Shown: positions 1-9,582 of the stretch, piece by piece | Layout: each line of letters opens with the position of its first letter | Position numbering within the stretch: the stretch's first letter is position 1 | From: Ginsengibacter sp. | GTDB taxonomy: Bacteria > Bacteroidota > Bacteroidia > Chitinophagales > Chitinophagaceae | NCBI GenBank assembly: GCA_039931355.1 | Contig: JBDTSD010000007.1 | Coordinates: forward strand, 314-64,313 | Length of the DNA: 64,000 nt | Direction of reading: 5' to 3' | Made by a program: the position numbers and the translations under genes | Notes under the pieces: generated by a model | Told to the model about the DNA's origin: nothing | Seen by the model: only the letters and a program-made list of their open reading frames with translations | Databases searched by the model: none

Positions 1-969
1 CATCGCTCCATTGAAAAAATGTGTGAGAGCCTTACTTATCGTCAATTCATTTATGTTACCAGCCGCATGGATTACCTTTCTTCACATATCAACAACCACG
101 CGTGTGCGTTATGCGTAGAAAAAGGCTTGCAGGTGGAAGTTCCTTCAAGAGCGCAGGTAATAAGGGTATTGCTGGACGAGCTCACAAGAATTGCATCGCA
201 CGAATTGTGGTGGGGCGCTATGGCTATGGATTTAGGCGCTTTCACTCCTTTCTTTCACGCGTTCAGGGAAAGGGAATCCATCAACGATATTATGGAAGAA
301 ACCTGCGGGGCAAGGTTGACAATGAACTTTATTGTTCCGGGCGGCCTGATGGCTGACATTCATCCCAATTTTCAAAAGAGAGTAAAAGAGTTTATCAGTT
401 TGTATAAATCGAAAGTCAGAGAATATGACGAACTGGTTACCGGAAATGTTATTTTTCAAAACCGCATGAAAGGCGTTGGATATTTATCCGGTGAAGATGC
501 GATATCGTACGGGTGCACCGGGCCAACAGCGAGAGGAAGCGGAGTGCATTGTGATATCCGGAAATTATATCCGTATGAAATCTATGATAAACTCGATTTT
601 GATGAAGCCCTGGAAACGGCCGGAGATTCCTTTGCCCGGTATATGGTACGCATAAGAGAAATGAATGAATCCATAAAAATTATAGAGCAATTAATTGATA
701 ATATTCCTGAAGGAGATTTCCAGGCTAAGACGAAGGTGGTCATAAAATTACCCAAAGGAGAATTTTATTCAAGAGTGGAAACGGCGCGTGGTGAGTTAGG
801 TGTTTATATTGTAAGTGAAGGAGGAACCACGCCATACCGGATAAAATTTCGCTCCCCGGGATTTTCTAATCTTTCCGCGCTAGACCACATGGCAAGAGGA
901 AGTAAGTTGGGAGATCTCGTAGCGATGATGGGAACGTTGGATTTGGTGATACCGGATATAGATAGGTAA
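1..969 (+). CDS. nuoD: NADH-quinone oxidoreductase subunit D, 5'-truncated by the window edge
   Basis: Frame open from base 1 (HRSIEKMCE); RMDYLS, ELTRIASH, GPTARGSG, ETARGELG and C-terminal LDLVIPDIDR motifs of the 49-kDa subunit. Confidence 0.95.
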   Translation, partial: HRSIEKMCESLTYRQFIYVTSRMDYLSSHINNHACALCVEKGLQVEVPSRAQVIRVLLDELTRIASHELWWGAMAMDLGAFTPFFHAFRERESINDIMEETCGARLTMNFIVPGGLMADIHPNFQKRVKEFISLYKSKVREYDELVTGNVIFQNRMKGVGYLSGEDAISYGCTGPTARGSGVHCDIRKLYPYEIYDKLDFDEALETAGDSFARYMVRIREMNESIKIIEQLIDNIPEGDFQAKTKVVIKLPKGEFYSRVETARGELGVYIVSEGGTTPYRIKFRSPGFSNLSALDHMARGSKLGDLVAMMGTLDLVIPDIDR

Positions 970-974
970 AAAAA

Positions 975-1090
975 GCCCCTCTAACTCCCCGAAGGGGAGA
1001 ACAAGGAAAGACGTGAATGAAACAAATATGTTTTTGAAATATCAAATTTTAAAGTCGCCAACTTTCAGTTCCCTCTCCTTCGGAGAGGGG
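975..1090. repeat. Inverted pair of C-rich/G-rich palindromic elements (family P)
   Basis: gcccctctaactccccgaaggggaga (975-1000) right after the nuoD stop; ccctctccttcggagagggg (1071-1090) before the nuoH start. Confidence 0.8.
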
Positions 1091-1108
1091 TTGAACTGAG
1101 GCCAAGTC

Positions 1109-2185
1109 ATGTGGAGCTTTTCTAAAATAGCAGGGTCAATTCACCAATGGTTGAATCAAACTTTCAACTCAACATTGGCAACCATTATTGAAATGGTAAT
1201 TGCAGGTGTTTGTGTTATCGGTTTATTTGCATTATTAGGATTGGTCCTGGTGATTATGGAACGTAAAGTTTCTGCATGGATACAAATAAGACTGGGGCCA
1301 AACCGGGTAGGGCCAAAAGGAATGCTTCAATCTTTAGCCGATACTGTAAAATTATTGGTAAAGGAAGGCCTCACTCCCTCCGGAGCCGACAAATTTTTAT
1401 TCAATCTCGCCCCTCTTATTGCGATGATCGTAGCCATGCTGCTGATGGCTCCGTTAGCTTTTGCAAAAGATTTCCAGATGTGGGATTTAAACATAGGTGT
1501 ATTGTATGTCTCTGCTATATCATCTGTGTCTGTCATCAGTATTTTGATCGCCGGATGGTCGAGTAATAATAAATATTCACTAATGGGAGCCATGCGTAGT
1601 GGCGCACAGATCGTGAGCTATGAATTGTCTGCGGGATTTTCTGCACTCTCAGTGGTAGTGCTGGCAGGCAGCTTAAATTTGAATACAATTGTTCAATCAC
1701 AGGCAGATGGATGGTGGATATTTAAAGGACACATCCCTGTAATGATTTCTTTTGTGATTTTTATTATTGCAGTAACCGCTGAAACAAACCGTGCGCCGTT
1801 TGATTTGGCAGAAGCGGAGTCAGAATTAACAGCCGGTTTTCATACAGAATATTCAGGGATGAAATTCGCTCTGTTTTTTCTTGCGGAATACGTAAATGTT
1901 TTTATCGTATGCGCAATTGGAGCTACGCTGTTTCTTGGCGGATGGATGCCTTTTCACATCGGGCATTGGAGTGGTTTTAATCATGTGATGGACTATATTC
2001 CATCAAGCATCTGGTTTTTTGGAAAAACATTTTTTTTAATTTTCCTGATCATGTGGTTCCGGTGGACATTCCCAAGGCTGCGTATTGACCAGCTATTAAA
2101 TCTTGAATGGAAATATTTGTTACCGATAAGTATGTTTAATATTTTATTGATAACAGCAATTGCAATATTGGGCTGGTATTTTTAG
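1109..2185 (+). CDS. nuoH: NADH-quinone oxidoreductase subunit H
   Basis: ERKVSAWIQIRLGPNRVGP, AETNRAPFDLAEAESEL, RWTFPRLRIDQ motifs; multiple TM segments. Confidence 0.97.
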   Translation: MWSFSKIAGSIHQWLNQTFNSTLATIIEMVIAGVCVIGLFALLGLVLVIMERKVSAWIQIRLGPNRVGPKGMLQSLADTVKLLVKEGLTPSGADKFLFNLAPLIAMIVAMLLMAPLAFAKDFQMWDLNIGVLYVSAISSVSVISILIAGWSSNNKYSLMGAMRSGAQIVSYELSAGFSALSVVVLAGSLNLNTIVQSQADGWWIFKGHIPVMISFVIFIIAVTAETNRAPFDLAEAESELTAGFHTEYSGMKFALFFLAEYVNVFIVCAIGATLFLGGWMPFHIGHWSGFNHVMDYIPSSIWFFGKTFFLIFLIMWFRWTFPRLRIDQLLNLEWKYLLPISMFNILLITAIAILGWYF

Positions 2186-2222
2186 AAGCCCCCGGCCCGC
2201 CTGGGGCGGGGAGAAGAAGAAG

Positions 2223-2375
2223 CACCCAGCCCCGAAGGGGAGAAAAGGCAGGTTTTAGAATATGTATACAATCTTAGACTTTTGATTAAAAAGACATTTG
2301 AATACTTCATATAATGAGCGACACTCCAAATAACCTGAAGTCTTCCCAGGCTCCCCCTTCGGGGGCGGGGGGGGC
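2223..2375. repeat. Inverted pair of family P elements; the right copy lies inside the nuoI reading frame
   Basis: cacccagccccgaaggggag (2223-2242) and ctcccccttcgggggcggggggggc (2351-2375). Confidence 0.8.
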
Positions 2376-2838
2376 TTATTTTAAAGACATTTTCAAAGCA
2401 ATAAAATCTTTATTCATTGGGCTAAGACGAACAGGATATTATTTTACCCATCATAAAGAAATCATTACACAAGAATATCCTGATAACAGGGATACTTTGA
2501 ATTTGCCTGAAAGATTTAAAGGAGAAGTTGTGATGCCACATGATGAAAACAATGAACATCGTTGCACCGGTTGTACAGCTTGTGAACTCGCTTGCCCCAA
2601 TGGAAGCATTAAAGTAATTACACAATTTGATATTACGCCTGAAGGGAAAAAGAAAAAAGCAATTGACAAATTAGTCTATCATCTCGAGCTATGTACCATG
2701 TGCAATTTATGTATTATCGCCTGCCCGTCAGACGCGATAGTAATGGCGCAAACATTTGAGCATAGTGTTTTTGATCGTAGCGAGCTAACGAAAATTTTAA
2801 ATAATCCCGGTTCAAAAATAATGGAGGGAGTAGAATAA
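2314..2838 (+). CDS. nuoI: NADH-quinone oxidoreductase subunit I with a repeat-derived N-terminal extension
   Basis: ITQEYPD motif; two 4Fe-4S motifs CTGCTACELACP and CTMCNLCIIACP. Confidence 0.95.
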   Translation: MSDTPNNLKSSQAPPSGAGGAYFKDIFKAIKSLFIGLRRTGYYFTHHKEIITQEYPDNRDTLNLPERFKGEVVMPHDENNEHRCTGCTACELACPNGSIKVITQFDITPEGKKKKAIDKLVYHLELCTMCNLCIIACPSDAIVMAQTFEHSVFDRSELTKILNNPGSKIMEGVE

Positions 2839-2840
2839 TA

Positions 2841-3398
2841 ATGAGTGGATCAACAATTATATTTTATATGCTGGCTGCGCTTACTTTAGTGAGTGGGGTG
2901 CTTGCCGTAAGTACCCGCCAAATATTCAGGGCTGCCATCTTTTTATTGTTTTCTTTAATTGGTGTTGCAGGTTTGTATTTCTGGATGCAGTACGAATTTA
3001 TTGCAGCGGTGCAAATTGTAGTTTACGTTGGTGGCATTACGGTACTGATAATATTCTCCATTTTTTTAACGCAGCAGGCGGGAGAAAAAATGCCGAAACA
3101 AAAAATGGGTCGGCAAATGTTTTCAGCATTGGCGGCCTTTTGCGGATTTGCATTGGTCATGACACAGGTGTTCCAACATACATTCACCGGAACCGATAGG
3201 CAACCGTTGGAGCAGGATGTCGCAAACATAGGAACACAAATGCTTTCAGTAAATGGTGGCGGCTATGCTTTGCCGTTTGAAGTAGTAAGCATGTTGTTGC
3301 TGGCAGCTTTAGTTGGTTGCATTGTTATAGCTATTCCTTCAAACTCCCCTAAAGCAGGAGAACTCAAATCCACAAAACTTAAAAACGAATCCGTATGA
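2841..3398 (+). CDS. nuoJ: NADH-quinone oxidoreductase subunit J
   Basis: EFIAAVQIVVYVGGITVLIIF and LPFEVVSMLLLAALVG motifs; operon position. Confidence 0.95.
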   Translation: MSGSTIIFYMLAALTLVSGVLAVSTRQIFRAAIFLLFSLIGVAGLYFWMQYEFIAAVQIVVYVGGITVLIIFSIFLTQQAGEKMPKQKMGRQMFSALAAFCGFALVMTQVFQHTFTGTDRQPLEQDVANIGTQMLSVNGGGYALPFEVVSMLLLAALVGCIVIAIPSNSPKAGELKSTKLKNESV

Positions 3399-3709
3399 TG
3401 CAACCGGGTCTCTATCATATTTTATTTATCAGTGCACTACTTTTTTTTATAGGAGTGTATGGATTTTTTACAAGAAGAAATTTAATAACAATCCTCATGA
3501 GTGTAGAGTTGATATTGAACAGCGTTAATTTGAATTTTATCGCTTTTAATAAATACCTGTGGGCAGATAAATCCGACGGCTTGTTTTTTACCATATTTAT
3601 AATTGCTATCGCCGCTGCAGAAGCTGCTGTAGCGATTGCAATCATTATTAATTTATACAGAAGCCATCATTCAATAGAAGTGGAAAGCGCAGAAGAAATG
3701 AAATATTAA
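3395..3709 (+). CDS. nuoK: NADH-quinone oxidoreductase subunit K
   Basis: RRNLITILMSVELILN, IAAAEAAVAIAI motifs. Confidence 0.96.
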   Translation: MMQPGLYHILFISALLFFIGVYGFFTRRNLITILMSVELILNSVNLNFIAFNKYLWADKSDGLFFTIFIIAIAAAEAAVAIAIIINLYRSHHSIEVESAEEMKY

Positions 3710-3755
3710 ATATTAATTCCTTTTGGATAAAACTTTAAAAACAACCAAGAACTAA

Positions 3756-5690
3756 ATGCCTGATCCGATTTATATAGCGCTGATACCTTTACTGCCCCTG
3801 GCAGCATTTGTATTGCTCGGTCTATTTGGAAGAAAATATTTTAAGAACGCATCGGGCGTTATCGCGACTGTTTTATTATTTGCGTCAACTGTTCTTGCGT
3901 TCTACACTGCTTATGGTTACTTCTTTGATTTTGGTAAAGTAAATGGTATTTATGAAAAAGTAGTGCCATTGACAATTACCTGGCTTGAATTTTCAAAAGG
4001 TGTTTCTATTGATATGGGAATCGTGTTAGATCCTATTTCGGTGATGATGCTTGTAGTGGTAACTTTTGTTTCCCTTATGGTGCACATTTATAGCCTTGCC
4101 TACATGAAAGGTGAGGAACGCTTTGCAACGTACTATTCATTCCTGGGATTGTTTACTTTCTCTATGTTGGCTTTGGTAATCTCTTCCAATATTTTTCAGA
4201 TGTATATTTTCTGGGAACTGGTTGGCATTTCTTCTTTTTTACTGATCGGTTTCTGTTATGATAAACCCAGTGCCGTTGCTGCCTGTAAGAAAGCTTTTAT
4301 CGTAACACGCTTCGCGGACCTTGGATTTTTAATTGGCATACTTGTGCTCTCTTTTTATGCAGGCACATTAGATTTTAATACACTTATTCAGCGATTAACA
4401 TTACCCGGTTCGGAAGAATTAGATACCGCCTTAGCCTCATCATTTATTGGCATCTCAGCATTGACGTGGGGAATGGTGTTGGTATTTATAGGAGCTGCCG
4501 GCAAGAGTGCAATGTTTCCTTTGCACATTTGGCTGCCCGATGCGATGGAAGGCCCAACACCCGTTTCCGCTTTGATACATGCCGCAACTATGGTGGTGGC
4601 AGGCGTTTATTTAGTGGCCAGGCTATTTCCTGTCTTTGCAATATCAGCACCGGAAGCTTTACAATTGGTCGCTTATGTTGGCACACTTTCGGCATTAATA
4701 GCCGCAATTATTGCGTGCACACAAACTGATATAAAAAGAGTCCTGGCATTTTCCACCATGTCCCAGATCGGGTATATGATGTTTGCGTTGGGTGTATCGA
4801 AATATGGTGGTGAAGACGGGTTGGGTTACACCGCTTCCATGTTCCATTTATTTACACATGCAATGTTTAAGGCGTTGTTGTTTTTAGGTGCAGGTGCGGT
4901 TATTCATTTTATTCATAGCAATGAAATGAAGGACATGGGTGGATTGAGAAAACAATTGCCGGTTACCCATATTACATTTTTAATTGCATGCCTTGCCATT
5001 TCCGGTGTGCCGCCTTTCTCCGGTTTTTTTAGCAAAGAAGAAATTTTATTGGCGGCCTGGCAACAAAACAAATTGATCTATTGGATTGCGCTATTTACTT
5101 CAGGGCTCACAGCTTTTTATATGTTCCGTTTATATTTTAGAATTTTCTGGAACAATACAAATAACGCACATGCTGAGCACCATGGTGAAGGTGGCTTTGC
5201 AATCCTGCTACCAATGATTTTACTGGCCATCGGTGCTGCTGCCGCGGGTTTTATTCCTTTTGGAAATTTTGTTACTACTGACGGAACGGCAATTGAATCG
5301 CATTTCGATTTAGCATTTTCAGCTTCGCCGGTTGCGTTAGGACTTGCGGGCATTATTGCAGCGATGTGGTTATATAAAAAACAAAATGAAAGGCCGGGAA
5401 AACTGGCTGCTTCTTTAGGTGGCTTATATAAACTTGCAGTTCATAAATTTTATATAGATGAGATCTACCTGTTTATAACAAAGAAAATTGTATTCAATCT
5501 TATTGGAAGACCAGCAGCATGGTTCGACAGGAATGTAGTAGATGGAATAGTGAATCTAACGGGAAACGTTACACTGGTGATTTCAGGGGGCATTAAAAAA
5601 TTTCAATCCGGGAAAGTACAGCAATATGCTGTTTACTTTTTGACGGGTGTTATTTTGTTGGCGGTGTTATTCATTTATGTTTTCAGGTAG
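3756..5690 (+). CDS. nuoL: NADH-quinone oxidoreductase subunit L
   Basis: FIFWELVG-like segment, GKSAMFPLHIWLPDAMEGPTPVSALIHAATMV, HLFTHAMFKALLFL. Confidence 0.97.
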   Translation: MPDPIYIALIPLLPLAAFVLLGLFGRKYFKNASGVIATVLLFASTVLAFYTAYGYFFDFGKVNGIYEKVVPLTITWLEFSKGVSIDMGIVLDPISVMMLVVVTFVSLMVHIYSLAYMKGEERFATYYSFLGLFTFSMLALVISSNIFQMYIFWELVGISSFLLIGFCYDKPSAVAACKKAFIVTRFADLGFLIGILVLSFYAGTLDFNTLIQRLTLPGSEELDTALASSFIGISALTWGMVLVFIGAAGKSAMFPLHIWLPDAMEGPTPVSALIHAATMVVAGVYLVARLFPVFAISAPEALQLVAYVGTLSALIAAIIACTQTDIKRVLAFSTMSQIGYMMFALGVSKYGGEDGLGYTASMFHLFTHAMFKALLFLGAGAVIHFIHSNEMKDMGGLRKQLPVTHITFLIACLAISGVPPFSGFFSKEEILLAAWQQNKLIYWIALFTSGLTAFYMFRLYFRIFWNNTNNAHAEHHGEGGFAILLPMILLAIGAAAAGFIPFGNFVTTDGTAIESHFDLAFSASPVALGLAGIIAAMWLYKKQNERPGKLAASLGGLYKLAVHKFYIDEIYLFITKKIVFNLIGRPAAWFDRNVVDGIVNLTGNVTLVISGGIKKFQSGKVQQYAVYFLTGVILLAVLFIYVFR

Positions 5691-5736
5691 AATTTCTGAA
5701 TCTATAAGTATTGAAAAGTGAGATCACTTAAAAGGT

Positions 5737-6013
5737 AATTGCAATGACCTTTCCCAAAGGGATGCATTGCATAGGTCATGGAATAAGAACAGAGTAATAA
5801 TTTTCTTTAGCCAAAAATATTTTTGGCTAAAGCCAATATAAATTTTTAAAATCATCCACGATCTAAAGATCGTGGTAAATGGAATAATGTAAGGAAGTTT
5901 GAAAGATAATTGCCATGACCTTTAGGTCGTAGGATAATAACAAAGTAGTAATTGGCTTTAGCCAAAATAAATTTAGAATCACGCACGATCTATAGATTGT
6001 AGTATTGGAATAA
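5737..6013. repeat. Composite REP-like cluster: two degenerate tandem units with several hairpins
   Basis: Hairpins ctttagccaaaaa-ta-tttttggctaaag (5805-5832), ccacgatc-taaa-gatcgtgg (5856-5875), ccatgacc-ttta-ggtcgtagg (5913-5933); each unit starts taattgcNatgacc and ends tggaataat. Confidence 0.75.
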
Positions 6014-6055
6014 TGCGGGCAATCATCGAACTAATATTTTGAATAAGAAAAACAG

Positions 6056-7534
6056 ATGAATCTATTATTACTCTTAGGAATTCCTTTATTCACTGCTCTT
6101 ATGGTGTTGCTTTCACGCAACCAGCAGCAGGTGAAATGGATTTCATTGTCCGGTTCTGTTGTTCAATTGGCGTTGGCTTTTATTTTACTATTTGCTTTTC
6201 GTGAAGAAAGAGCCATGAATAATACGTCACAAATGTTTTTTGAACAGAACTATTCATTATTCGCTTCACTGAATATTAATTTTCATATTGGTGTTGATGG
6301 TATTTCCGTCGCGATGGTTTTGCTCACTTCATTTGTGTTAATAGCAGGTGTGTTGGTGTCATGGAATATAGAAAAAATGACAAAGGAATTCTATTTCCTG
6401 CTGATGCTGCTTGCGCTGGGCGCTTATGGATTTTTTATATCGCTCGATCTATTTGTCCTTTTCTTTTTTCTTGAAATTTCTGTTATACCAAAATATCTTC
6501 TTATCGGAATTTGGGGAAGTGGTAAAAAAGAATACGCGGCTAATAAACTAGCGCTGATGCTGATGGGAGGCTCCGCATTAATATTAGTTGGAATACTCGG
6601 ATTATATTTTACAACCGGCCACAGTTTTGATTTAATGAATATTTCAAAAACAAATATTCCTGTTGAAGTTCAGCATATCGTATTTCCATTATTATTTATT
6701 GGCTTTGGTGTGTTCACTGCATTGTTCCCTTTTCATACATGGGTGCCCGATGGACACTCATCTGCGCCAACTGCCGGCTCGATGTTTCTTGCAGGCATAT
6801 CCATGAAACTGGGTGGATACGGGTGTTTACGTGTTGCTACCTATCTCTTGCCTGAAGGAGCAAAAGAATATGCCAATATCATAATCATTCTTTCATCTAT
6901 AGCAATTTTGTATGGCGCCTTTGCTACAATGATGCAGAAGGATTTGAAATATATCAACGCTTATTCGTCTGTGAGCCATGTTGGCTTTAGCCTGTTGGGC
7001 ATTGGCATGCTTACTCAAACCGCTATTACCGGATCATTAATACAAATGGTTTCTCATGGCTTGATGACGGCTCTTTTCTTCGCCGTTATTGGAATGATTT
7101 ACGACAGAACACATACAAGAATAGTTGGCGAAATGGGTGGGCTTATGAAAGTAATGCCTTTTATAACTACTGCGTTATTTATCGTGGGGCTTTGCTCACT
7201 TGGTCTTCCGGGGTTGAGTGGCTTCGTGGCCGAGATGACCGTGTTCATGGGCTCGTGGCAGCACGATGATTACTTTCACCGCATTGCTACAATCGCCGCT
7301 ACCATGTCGATAGTGGTGACGGCTGTATATATTTTAAGAGCGGTTGGAGCCACGGTAATGGGTCCTATAAAAAATGAAAATTATTTACAACTGAAAGATG
7401 CAACATGGAATGAAAGACTCGCAGCCGTAATATTAGTAGCGGGGATTATAGCCATAGGCGTTGCACCTGGTTGGCTTATCGATTTGCTAAAGCCCGCTGC
7501 CGAAGAAATTATGAACAGGATTTCAGGAAGCTGA
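6056..7534 (+). CDS. nuoM: NADH-quinone oxidoreductase subunit M
   Basis: GVDGIS, PFHTWVPDGHSSAP, AYSSVSHVG, LGLPGLSGFVAE motifs. Confidence 0.96.
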   Translation: MNLLLLLGIPLFTALMVLLSRNQQQVKWISLSGSVVQLALAFILLFAFREERAMNNTSQMFFEQNYSLFASLNINFHIGVDGISVAMVLLTSFVLIAGVLVSWNIEKMTKEFYFLLMLLALGAYGFFISLDLFVLFFFLEISVIPKYLLIGIWGSGKKEYAANKLALMLMGGSALILVGILGLYFTTGHSFDLMNISKTNIPVEVQHIVFPLLFIGFGVFTALFPFHTWVPDGHSSAPTAGSMFLAGISMKLGGYGCLRVATYLLPEGAKEYANIIIILSSIAILYGAFATMMQKDLKYINAYSSVSHVGFSLLGIGMLTQTAITGSLIQMVSHGLMTALFFAVIGMIYDRTHTRIVGEMGGLMKVMPFITTALFIVGLCSLGLPGLSGFVAEMTVFMGSWQHDDYFHRIATIAATMSIVVTAVYILRAVGATVMGPIKNENYLQLKDATWNERLAAVILVAGIIAIGVAPGWLIDLLKPAAEEIMNRISGS

Positions 7535-7546
7535 TAAAATTTTAGA

Positions 7547-8947
7547 ATGACTGAATTTTTTACATTAATGAAAAGCGAGTTGGTGGTGACAGCCATCATA
7601 TTCCTGTTGCTGTTTATAAAAATCGGCAAAGGGATAAAAAACGGGCCATTGTTATCACTGATACAGTTAGTGTTATTGATCAACTTTATTACCGGCTTTT
7701 TTTTCAATAAAGAAGGCAGCCTGTTTGGCGATATGTTCCATACGAATGCACTGATTGTTTTCCAGGAAAATATTTTAAGCCTTGCAGTATATCTTATCTC
7801 ATTGCTTTGTTCAGGATGGCTCAGGAAAAGCCAGCACATGGCTGAGTTTTTTATACTTATGCTATCGGCATTGCTTGGAATGTTCCTAATGATTTCCAGC
7901 GGCAATTTGTTGATTTTTTATCTCTCACTGGAACTGGCTACTATCCCGGTTGCCGCAATGGCTAATTTTGATTTGGAGAAAAAACGTTCTTCTGAGGGCG
8001 CTATGAAAATGATTTTGTCTTCCGCATTTTCATCAGCTATTTTACTATTTGGAATTTCATTATTGTATGGCGCCACCGGAACTATCAGCTTCGCGGAAAT
8101 ACCACAACATTTAATTAGCTCATCACCATTGCATGTAATGGCATTTGTATTCCTGTTTACTGCTTTTGCTTTTAAGCTATCTATAGTTCCCTTTCATTTA
8201 TGGACGGCCGATGTTTATGAGGGTTCACCGATTGCGGCCACTTCTTTTTTATCAGTTGTATCGAAAGGATCTGTTGCCTTTATTTTTATTACCGCGTTGT
8301 ATAAAGTATTTCAGCCCATGGAAGGGGCATGGTACTACATGCTGGTAATACTTGCTATAACGACCATGGTTATAGGTAATTTGTTTGCCTTGCGCCAGCA
8401 AAACATCAAAAGGTTCCTGGCTTTTTCGTCTATTGCGCAGGTTGGCTTCATCCTGGTAGGTATGAGCAGCAATAGTACTTCCGGCATTACTTCAGTTGTG
8501 TATTTTGTGTTGATTTATGTTTTCTCTAATCTCGCGGCCTTTGGCGTTGCGTCTGTTATTTCAGAAAATTCCGGGAAAGAAAATATTGATGATTATAAAG
8601 GATTATATAAAACCAATCCCTTTCTTAGCTGGATATTAGCATTGGCTTTATTTTCGCTGGCCGGTATTCCTCCAACTGCGGGCTTCTTTGGCAAACTTTT
8701 CCTTTTGACGGCAGGCGGTTCAAAAGGAAGCTACTGGTTTATCACGATTGCTGCATTAAATATGATCGTTTCACTATACTATTACCTGCGGGTGATAAGA
8801 GCTGTTTTCATGGATAAGAATGATAAGCCTGTAGAGAAAATAAAACCTGGCTCAGATGTGATGTTTGGATTAATTATTTGCGGAGTTGCTATTGTGTTGT
8901 TGGGTTTCATGAGTTGGATATATGATCACATAAATTCATTAAGTTAA
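7547..8947 (+). CDS. nuoN: NADH-quinone oxidoreductase subunit N
   Basis: FKLSIVPFHLWTADVYEGSP, KRFLAFSSIAQVG, SLAGIPPTAGFFGK motifs. Confidence 0.96.
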   Translation: MTEFFTLMKSELVVTAIIFLLLFIKIGKGIKNGPLLSLIQLVLLINFITGFFFNKEGSLFGDMFHTNALIVFQENILSLAVYLISLLCSGWLRKSQHMAEFFILMLSALLGMFLMISSGNLLIFYLSLELATIPVAAMANFDLEKKRSSEGAMKMILSSAFSSAILLFGISLLYGATGTISFAEIPQHLISSSPLHVMAFVFLFTAFAFKLSIVPFHLWTADVYEGSPIAATSFLSVVSKGSVAFIFITALYKVFQPMEGAWYYMLVILAITTMVIGNLFALRQQNIKRFLAFSSIAQVGFILVGMSSNSTSGITSVVYFVLIYVFSNLAAFGVASVISENSGKENIDDYKGLYKTNPFLSWILALALFSLAGIPPTAGFFGKLFLLTAGGSKGSYWFITIAALNMIVSLYYYLRVIRAVFMDKNDKPVEKIKPGSDVMFGLIICGVAIVLLGFMSWIYDHINSLS

Positions 8948-8954
8948 CTTCATC

Positions 8955-9344
8955 ATGGCTATAAATAAAAATCATCAATTCGAAGAATTGGATGGCGTTA
9001 AATGCGGTATTGTAGAAAAAAATGTAGCACCCGAAAGAGTCGCCTTTTTGAAAAGTTTACTGGAGCTTAATGGTTACACAGTAGTATCAGTTCCTTCGCC
9101 ACTACCTAAAGCAGCACCTGTAAGTGTTCCAAAGGAAGGCGAAACAGCACCTCCTGGTGTTCCGCCCGAAACGACTCCTGAAACATTTACGGTTGGTGTA
9201 ACAGATTATACGTTCAACCCAATCAATGCCATATTTGGAAGGCTGCTAAAAACAGAGAACGGGCATATCGTTACGCTGGCTTATTGGCATCAGGAAGAGT
9301 CCGTTAGTCATGATGAAATTCCCTATTACGAAACCGGGAAATGA
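8955..9344 (+). CDS. Hypothetical protein closing the nuo operon
   Basis: 129-aa ORF 7 bp after nuoN; two globular segments joined by a Pro-rich linker. Confidence 0.75.
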   Translation: MAINKNHQFEELDGVKCGIVEKNVAPERVAFLKSLLELNGYTVVSVPSPLPKAAPVSVPKEGETAPPGVPPETTPETFTVGVTDYTFNPINAIFGRLLKTENGHIVTLAYWHQEESVSHDEIPYYETGK

Positions 9345-9399
9345 CATAGCCATATTATTTCATAAGCTTTCCATCTTCCGCTAATACACAATAACCAGG

Positions 9400-9407
9400 T
9401 ATTTTTG
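9400..9407 (+). promoter_or_regulatory. Candidate Bacteroidota -7 promoter box for ppdK
   Basis: tatttttg matches TAnnTTTG; -33 box not clear. Confidence 0.35.
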
Positions 9408-9582
9408 TAGCCGGTCCCGGTGTTTTGAAGCAACATTTATTCTCTCTCTCTCTCTTTCTTACTGATCATCACTTGTGCATTTATTGTCCAAAAAATGATG
9501 AGAATCATAAACTCATTTGATTTTCATTTTGATCTATAACAGATTAAACAACTATCTCTGTATTCATCAAAAATTGTTTTTT

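Noticed and set aside
5737-6013. Possible CRISPR array
   Set aside because: Only two degenerate units, no constant repeat with unique spacers, no cas genes
9441-9455. (TC)7 microsatellite as a phase-variation switch for ppdK
   Set aside because: Short, intergenic, not within a recognisable promoter spacer
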